DNA of 64,000 bases, taken from the NCBI GenBank assembly GCA_965207445.1, contig CBDBLX010000002.1:1527849-1591848 (forward strand), written 5' to 3'. Of the stretch, positions 1-9,500 are shown in pieces. Each line of letters begins with the position of its first letter. Position 1 is the stretch's first letter. Origin of the DNA: Nitrosopumilus sp. (GTDB lineage: Archaea; Thermoproteota; Nitrososphaeria; Nitrososphaerales; Nitrosopumilaceae). The position numbers were made by a program, and so were the translations under genes. A model generated the notes under the pieces. That model was not told the origin of the DNA. It did not search any database and worked only from the letters and a program-made list of their open reading frames with translations.

Positions 1-91
1 GGAGACACTATAGATACTTGCAGAATAGCACAACATCAAAACCGACGTGCCTTATCCACGAGAATGTGTGCATGTATGTGTTGTGGGTTGT

Positions 92-146
92 TGGTGGTAG
101 TAGTAGTGGTAGTAGTGGTAGTAGTGGTAGTAGGGGGGGGGGGGGG
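92..146. repeat. (GTA/GTG)n microsatellite followed by a G14 homopolymer
   Basis: Direct reading: tggtggtagtagtagtggtagtagtgg... then G run at 133-146. Confidence 0.9.
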
Positions 147-539
147 TTGGGGGAAAGGATACGATTACGATTCGGTCCCAGATGTCAAGACTAGTCTTGA
201 GCGCAAACGCGTATTGTACAAGACACCGCAACGTAACGGGCATCTTGGGATCGTCTCATCGAAGATTGGAGTTAATATACACATAACCTTCGGATCTGGA
301 ATCGTTCAGAGTACGAGAAGATCATGTTGGGTGGATTTTTCGACTACAAAGCGAGTCTGCTCTGCTCAATTATCTGATAAATGGTGGCGAGTTGGCCGAG
401 TTTGCGGCCAAATATGTGAGGACAACTCACGTCCGGCAGTGCCTCCATTTTACTCCAAAAAACCATCTCAATTGGGAAATGTGAATAGGAGCGCATCTCA
501 CTTTGATCAGTCTTGTTTGATAAATGGACGTGAAATGCA

Positions 540-3500
540 ATGGTGAGAATAAACGCATGCGTGTGGAGAAAAATCACACCAAACTACAACAAACCACACC
601 ACTACATTGCATTATTGTTCATAATTGTATTGTGTTCCTCACTTTATTTCACATCTACTTGTTTTGCACCATCAGATGAGTGTAAAATCATGCATGTTAT
701 GGACAAATTTGTTTGGATGGATTCTGTTCTAAAATCCACTATACATGACATCCCTTATGCATACGGACAGACTCCAGATTTCTCAGATAAAACAGGGTTT
801 GTGTATGTGACAGATACCATTGAGATAAACCATCTCAACGTGAGTGGTGGCTTGTCTGATTCTGATGCCTTTGGAAGATCTGTTACATCCGCAGGAGACT
901 TAGACGGTGACGGTGTGCCTGATATTATAGTAGGCGCAAATCAACCCAATGTGAATAGAAATGAAGCTAGTGGCGACGTTTATGTTGTGTTTATGAACTC
1001 TGATGGCACTGTACGTAATGCACGTATAATGGAACAATTATCAACAAATACTCATACAGTCAACGCGATTCACCGTGGAACTTCTGTGGCCTCGCTAGGT
1101 GATCTTAACGGTGATGACATACCCGACATTGCCATCGGTGCCAGTGGCGATATCAATACAACTGATGACCACGGTGCAATCTACATATTGTTAATGAATC
1201 GTGATGGAACAACAGATCGAATTATTCCGATAACCCATAACACCCCAAACGGCCCGACCTTGGACACTGGAGATTTTTTTGGTAATTCGATAGCTCTTGT
1301 AGACGATCTTGATGGCAATAATGTGCCAGATATTGCCGTCGGTGCAATTGGTGATGATGCAGGAGGGGATAGTCGCGGTGCAATTCACATCCTACTCATG
1401 AATTCTGACCACACAATACGCAACACCATCGAAATAAACTCTACGACTCCACGCGGCCCAATTTTGAACGATAAGGGTTTCTTTGGGCAGTCCGTCGCAT
1501 CTACAGATCTCAACAATGACGGAACTCCTGATATCATAGCTGGTACATATTTAGACAGTAATAATGGATATAGCCGCGGCGCAGTTCACATAATGTTCAT
1601 GAATTCAGATGGGACCATTCAAAATACTGTAAGAATCGACGAGAGTACTACCAACGGACCGCGTCTCTCCAATGAGGCCCATTTTGGCGTTTCTGTGGCC
1701 TCTGCAGGTGATCTAGATAATGACGGAGTTGATGATGTTCTGGTGGGTTCTTATGAAAATAGGTCGAATACAGGATCAGTCTACATCATGCTTATGAATC
1801 CAGACGGTTCTATAAAGAGTACATCGAAGATAAACAGTTCTACTAGTGGCGGACCAGTTCTGTCTGCCGGGGATCGATTAGGCGTCTCGGTGACCCCAAT
1901 AGGAGATCTCAATGGTGACGGAATGCCCGATATTGTAGCAGGCGCGTATTGGGACGATGCAGGAGGTACAAACCGCGGTGCAGTTCATTTGATGCTACTA
2001 GATCCGATCAGGCCTGTACCCAATTATAAAGTTCATGATACTGCGAAAATAACCACCCAGGCGGTGCAAGGATCGGGATATAGCAACCAATTTCACTTTG
2101 GAACTGTGTCCTCGATAGGTGATATAGACTCCGATGGTACGCCGGATATTGCAGTGGGGGCCAGAGGTGATGTTGAAGGGGGCGCAAACCGCGGTGCAGT
2201 CTACATATTATTGATGAATAATGATGGAACAGTAAAGAGTGCCACTGCGATAAACGATGCTACCCCCAGAGGGCCTACCCTGGCTAACCATGATTTGTTT
2301 GGAACCTCTGTTACATCAATAGGTGACATCGACGAGGATGGTACGCCGGATATTGCAGTGGGGGCCGACGGTGATGATTCAGTAGGCGTAGACCGCGGTG
2401 CAGTCTACATATTATTGATGAATAATGATGGAACAGTAAAGAATACAGTTAAGATAAACGATGCTACCCCCAGAGGGCCTACTCTGTCTAACGGTGATGG
2501 TTTTGGAACCTCTGTTACATCAATAGGTGACATCGACGAGGATGGTACGCCGGATATTGCAGTGGGGGCCGACGATGATAATGGTTCAGGAGGAAGTCTC
2601 CGCGGTGCGGTCCACATATTATTTATGAGTAATGATGGAACCGTAAAAAGGACAGTTGAGATAAACTCTGCTACCCCCAGAGGGCCTACCCTGTCTAACA
2701 GTGATACTTTTGGAGCATCTATTGCATCAATAGGTGACATCAACGGGGATGGTACGCCGGACATTGCAGTGGGGGCCGACGGCGATAACTCAAACCGCGG
2801 TGCAGTCCACATATTATTTATGAATAATGATGGAACCGTAAAGAGTACAGTTGAGATAAACTCTACTACCCCCAGAGGGCCTACTCTGTCTCTCGGTGAT
2901 CGTTTTGGAGCATCTATTGCATCAATAGGTGACATCAACGGGGATGGTACGCCGGACATTGCAGTGGGTGCACGTGATGACAGCAAAATCAAAGCCCAAC
3001 AGGGTGCCTTTTACATACTGTTGTTAAATGACGATGGAGCAGTAAAGAGGTCAGTCAAGATAGATTCCAACACTACAAACATACCGGACATGTCCATTGG
3101 TGATCGTTTTGGATCATCTATTGCATCAGTAGGTGACATTAACGGGGATGGTACGCCGGACATTGCAGTGGGGGCTGACCAGGATGATTCAGGAGGCTCA
3201 AACCGCGGTGCAGTATACATCATATTCTTAGATAAAACTGTGGTGATACAGGGTGTTACATCTAGCGCAGATGATGGAAGACACACTCAAGGTCCAATTG
3301 ATATTGACGTATTGTTTTCTGAGCCAGTCGGTGTTGTCGGCTCCCCGTATCTGACTCTGGAGACTGGTCGGATTGACCGTAATGCAGTTTATGTCTCCGG
3401 TAACAATACTACAGTACTTACATTTCGTTATACCATACAAAAGCAAGATACTACACTTGATCTTAATTATCTGTCAAAATCCTCATTGTCGTTGAACAAC

Positions 3501-6500
3501 AGCAAGATATTTGCATCACAATCACCTCATGATCCTGCAGTACTTGAACTACCTATACCATCACTTCAAATAGAGGTTAATCCTAGCGGTATTTACGGGC
3601 CGCTTGCACTTAACAAGGAAATTCAAATAGAGGCACAGCTTCCACCAGACAAGCCAACCAATCTAATAGCTAATCCATTAAACAAACAAGTTATTCTGAA
3701 TTGGTCTGCACCGACTTATGTTTCTCCTCCTGTCATAGATTATACTGTACAGTATCGTGTCAATGACGGCGTAACGCATGCATGGGAGACATTCCCAGAC
3801 ACGTTTTTGAACACAACTGGTATAGTCACAGGTTTAACCAACGGAGTGCAGTATCAATTCAGGGTAAATGCCACAAATGCGGTAGGGACAGGACCTGCTT
3901 CTGATGTCGTCCCTGCCACACCACGTACAGTTCCAGAGGCTCCGTCTAATCTGACTGCCGATCCGGGCAACGAGCAAGTGGATTTATCATGGACTGCGCC
4001 TCATGATGGCGGCTCTCCGATAACAGGTTATATCGTAGAGTACACATCAAACAACGGCGCTTCGTGGAGTGAGTTTGCAGACATCACTGACACATATGCC
4101 AACGTCACGGGCCTAACAAACGGACAACAGTATCATTTCAGAGTAAATGCCACAAATGCGGTAGGGACAGGACCTGCTTCTGACATCGTCCCCGCCACTC
4201 CCGTGACTCTCCCAGGGGCTCCAGAAAATCTGATAGCGACAGTAAACGGCACCACCATAGAACTCACATGGGATCCGCCTGCAAACGATGGAGGCGCTAC
4301 AATTACATCATATACTGTCCAACAAAGTACGGATGGTATAACGTGGGATACGGTACCTGATTTGAACAGTGCAGATACCAAAGCAACTACACCCAACGTG
4401 CTACTTAACACAAAATACAGTTTCCGCGTGAATGCCACAAATGCGGTAGGGACAGGGCCTGCTTCTGACATTGTTATGTCACTTATTGACACTAAACCCT
4501 CCGTCAGGCTTTCAACGAATATTACAGGTCCCACATCTTTGGACTCTATACCTTTTACGATCTCCGTTAATGAACGCGTAACTGGGCTCGAAGCATCTGA
4601 GATTTCTACATCTTCTGGCATCGTAAAGAATCTTGTTTTAGGAAACTATACATTTGGTGGCGCGGGCAACGGCACCAGTGAGTTTAGTAGTCCGCTTGGA
4701 ATTGCCACAAATGGTACAGGATATGTGTATGTTGCCGATACATTTAACCACCGTGTCCAGATATTTGATGCAGCAGGCGCGTATTTGGGTGAGTTTGGTA
4801 GACAGGGTAGTAGTGACGGAGAGTTTAGCATCCCGTTTGGAATTGCCATAAATGGTACAGGACACGTGTATGTTACTGATTCAGGTAACCGCCGTGTCCA
4901 GATATTTGATGCAGTGGGCACGTACTTGGGTGAGTTTGGTAGACAGGGTAGTGGTAACGGAGAGTTTGTCAGCCCGTATGGAATTGCCATAAATGGTACA
5001 GGACACGTGTATGTTACTGACAATTTTAACCACCGCGTCCAGATATTTGATGCAGTGGGCGCGTACTTGGGTGAGTTTGGTAGTGGGGGCAGCGGCAACA
5101 GTGAGTTTAGTAGACCGAATGGAATTGCCATAAATGGTACAGGATATGTGTATGTTACTGATTCAGGTAACCACCGTGTCCAGATATTTGATGCAGCAGG
5201 CGCGTATTTGGGCGAGTTTGGTAGACATGGCAGCGACAACAGTGAGTTTAGAAACCCGAATGGAATTGCCATAAATGATGCAGGGCATGTGTATGTTGCC
5301 GATACAGTTAACGACCGTGTCCAGATATTTGATACAGCAGGCATGTATCTTGACAAGATCGTCAGTTCAGATTTGACACTTGATCTTGACAATCCAATTG
5401 CTGTAGCGATTCGTGGCACGTCTTTGTATATCATAGACTCGGATACTAGTCACGTTCATGTATTGCGCAACTTTTACACCTTTGAAGTACACAATCCTTC
5501 CGTTGGAACTCTTCAGGTCCATATACCTGCAGATGTGGTACAGGATGATGCAGGCAACAATAATACCGCATCCAATATAATCCGAATTTCAATCGTTACG
5601 GTTCCAGGTGTTCCGCAGAATTTGGTAGCTACGCCAGGTGATGCTACAGTCACCCTCGCATGGGACCAGCCTAGAAATGACGGTGGTGCTGCTATAATAT
5701 CATATATTGTACAGCAGAGTATTGACGGTGTTATATGGACTCTGGTGCCTGATTCAGATAATAGTGATACGACTGCAACAGCTATCGAATTGACAAATGA
5801 CAGTCAGTATCAATTTCGTGTTAATGCCACAAACATTGCCGGAACAGGTCCTGCATCTATCATCTCTGCCACCCCTACGGACACCACTCTGCCATCTGTT
5901 ACCATCAACGACGTAACAATGGAAGCAACAGGTGTCACAACTAGTGTTGATATTGGCTATCCAGAGATAACTGATGCATCAGGTGGCCCATATACCGTAA
6001 CATATAACGCAACTGGAAATGTACAGACCACATCAGGTGCTAGTAATGTGACCGTATCACTTGGTGTAGGTATGATTATAGTGCAGTGGAACGTCACGGA
6101 TCCCTCAAATAACATAGGTACTGCGCTCCAAATGGTGGACGTCACAGACACCACCCCGCCTACTATCACCCTGATTGGCTCGGCTTCTGTCACCGTGACG
6201 TTGGGCGGCACATATGAGGAACAAGGAGCAGTCTGCTCTGATATTGTGGATGCTGACAAGTCAGCCACTGTAGGGGGCGACACAGTTAACACTGACTCGA
6301 CTGGTCAATACACTGTGCAGTATACCTGTACAGATACAGCAGGTAATGAGGCCACACCTGTAGATCGTACCGTGACTGTCCATGATCCAACAGCTCCTTC
6401 TATTTCCATCAACGACATAACAATGGAAGCAACAGGTGCCACAACTAGTGTTGATATTGGCTATCCAGAGATAACTGATGCATCAGGTGGTCCATATACC

Positions 6501-9500
6501 GTAACATATAACGCAACTGGAAGTGTACAGACCACATCAGGTACTAGTAATGTGACCGTATCACTTGGTGTTGGTAGGATTATAGTGCAGTGGAGCGTCA
6601 CGGATCCCTCAGATAACACAGGTACTACGCTCCAAATGGTGGACGTCACAGACACCACCCCGCCTACTATCACCCTGAGTGGCTCGGCTTCTGTCACCGT
6701 GACGCTGGGCGACACATATGAAGAAGATGGAGCAGTCTGCTCTGATATTGTGGATGCTGACAAGTCAGCCACTGTAGGGGGCGACACAGTTAACACTGAC
6801 TCGACTGGTCAATACACTGTGCAGTATACCTGTACAGATACAGCAGGTAATGAGGCCACACCTGTAGATCGTACCGTGACTGTCCATGATCCGACATCTC
6901 CGTCTATTTCCATCAACGACGTAACAATGGAAGCAACAGGTGTCACAACTAGTGTTGATATTGGCTATCCAGAGATAACTGATGCATCAGGTGGTCCATA
7001 TACCGTAACATATAACGCAACTGGAAGTGTACAGACCACATCAGGTACTAGTAATGTGACCGTATCACTTGGTGTTGGTAGGATTATAGTGCAGTGGAGC
7101 GTCACGGATCCCTCAAATAATATGGGCACTGCGCTCCAAATGGTGGACGTCACAGACACCACCCCGCCTACTATCACCCTGACTGGGTCGGCTTCTGTCA
7201 CCGTGACGTTGGGCGGCACATATGAAGAAGATGGAGCAGTCTGCTCTGATATTGTGGATGCGGACAAGTCAGCCACTGTAGGGGGCGACACAGTTAACAC
7301 TGACTCGACTGGTCAATACACTGTGCAGTATACCTGTACAGATACAGCAGGTAATGAGGCCACACCTGTAGATCGTACCGTGACTGTCCATGATCCAACA
7401 GTTCCGTCTGTTGTTATAGACGACGTAACAATGGAAGCAACAGGTGCCACAACTAGTGTTGATATTGGCTATCCAGAGATAACTGATGCATCAGGTGGTC
7501 CATATACCGTAACATATAACGCAACTGGAAATGTACAGACCACATCAGGTACTAGTAATGTGACCGTATCACTTGGTGTGGGTATGATTATAGTGCAGTG
7601 GAGCGTCACGGATCCCTCAAATAATATGGGCACTGCGCTCCAAATGGTGGACGTCACAGACACCACCCCGCCTACTATCACCCTGACTGGGTCGGCTTCT
7701 GTCACCGTGACGCTGGGCGACACATATGAAGAAGAGGGGGCAGTCTGCTCTGATATTGTGGATGCGGACAAGTCAGCCACTGTAGGGGGCGACACAGTTA
7801 ACACTGACTCGACTGGTCAATACACTGTGCAGTATACCTGTACAGATACAGCAGGTAATGAGGCCACACCTGTAGATCGTACCGTGACCGTCCATGATCC
7901 AACAGTTCCGTCTGTTGTTATAGACGACGTAACAATGGAAGCAACAGGTGCCACAACTAGTGTTGATATTGGCTATCCAGAGATAACTGATGCATCAGGT
8001 GGTCCATATACCGTAACATATAACGCAACTGGAAATGTACAGACCACATCAGGTACTAGTAATGTGACCGTATCACTTGGTGTTGGTAGGATTATAGTGC
8101 AGTGGAGCGTCACGGATCCCTCAAATAACATAGGTACTGCGCTCCAAATGGTGGACGTCACAGACACCACCCCGCCTACTATCACCCTGACTGGGTCGGC
8201 TTCTGTCACCGTGACGCTGGGCGGCACATATGAAGAAGATGGAGCAATCTGCTCTGATATTGTGGATGCGGACAAGTCAGCCACTGTAGGGGGCGACACA
8301 GTTAACACTGACTCGACTGGTCAATACACTGTGCAGTATACCTGTACAGATACAGCAGGTAATGAGGCCACACCTGTAGATCGTACCGTGATTGTCCATA
8401 TGGCGTCTGACACCACCTCACCGTCTATTTCCATCAACGACGTAACAATGGAAGCAACAGGTGCCACAACTAGTGTTGATATTGGCTATCCAGAGATAAC
8501 TGATGCATCAGGTGGTCCATATACCGTAACATATAACGCAACTGGAAATGTACAGACCACATCAGGTACTAGTAATGTGACCGTATCACTTGGTGTTGGT
8601 AGGATTATAGTGCAGTGGAACGTCACGGATCCCTCAAATAATATGGGCACTGCGCTCCAAATGGTGGACGTCACAGACACCACCCCGCCTACTATTACCC
8701 TGATTGGCTCGGCTTCTGTCACCGTGACGTTGGGCAGCACATATGAGGAACAGGGAGCCGTCTGTACAGACTTGGTGGACGGTAATATTGTTCCAGTTCA
8801 ACTAGGTACGGTAGACGCATTTACCCTAGGTCAGTACACCATACAGTACACCTGCACAGATACAGCAGGTAATGAGGCCACACCTGTAGATCGTACCGTG
8901 ATTGTCCATATGGCGTCTGACACCACCTCACCGTCTATTTCCATCGACGACGTAACAATGGAAGCAACAGGTGCCACAACTAGTGTTGATATTGGCTATC
9001 CAGAGATAACTGATGCATCAGGTGGTCCATATACCATAACATATAACGCAACTGGAAATGTACAGACCACATCAGGTACTAGTAATGTGACCGTATCACT
9101 TGGTGTCGGTAGGATTATAGTGCAGTGGAACGTCACGGATCCCTCAAATAATATGGGCACTGCGCTCCAAATGGTGGACGTCACAGACACCACCCCGCCT
9201 ACTATTACCCTGACTGGCTCTTCTTCTGTCACAATAACCATAGGAAACTCATATGTGGATGCAGGAGCCGTCTGTACAGACTTGGTGGACGGCAATATTG
9301 TTCCAGTTCAACTAGGTACGGTAGACGCATTTACCCTAGGTCAGTACACCATACAGTACACATGCACAGACGCAGCAGGTAATGAGGCCACACCTATAAG
9401 CCGCACCGTGACCGTCCATATGGCGTCTGACACCACCTCACCGTCTATTTCCATCAACGACGTAACAATGGAAGCAACAGGTGCCACAACTAGTGTTGAT

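Noticed and set aside
64..546. 160-aa ORF with poly-Val/poly-Gly
   Set aside because: The N-half is translated microsatellite and G-run; no recognisable family in the rest.
2163..2171. RGD integrin-binding motif in the giant protein
   Set aside because: Single occurrence at a position where sister repeats read DGD, DDD or RDD; expected by chance.
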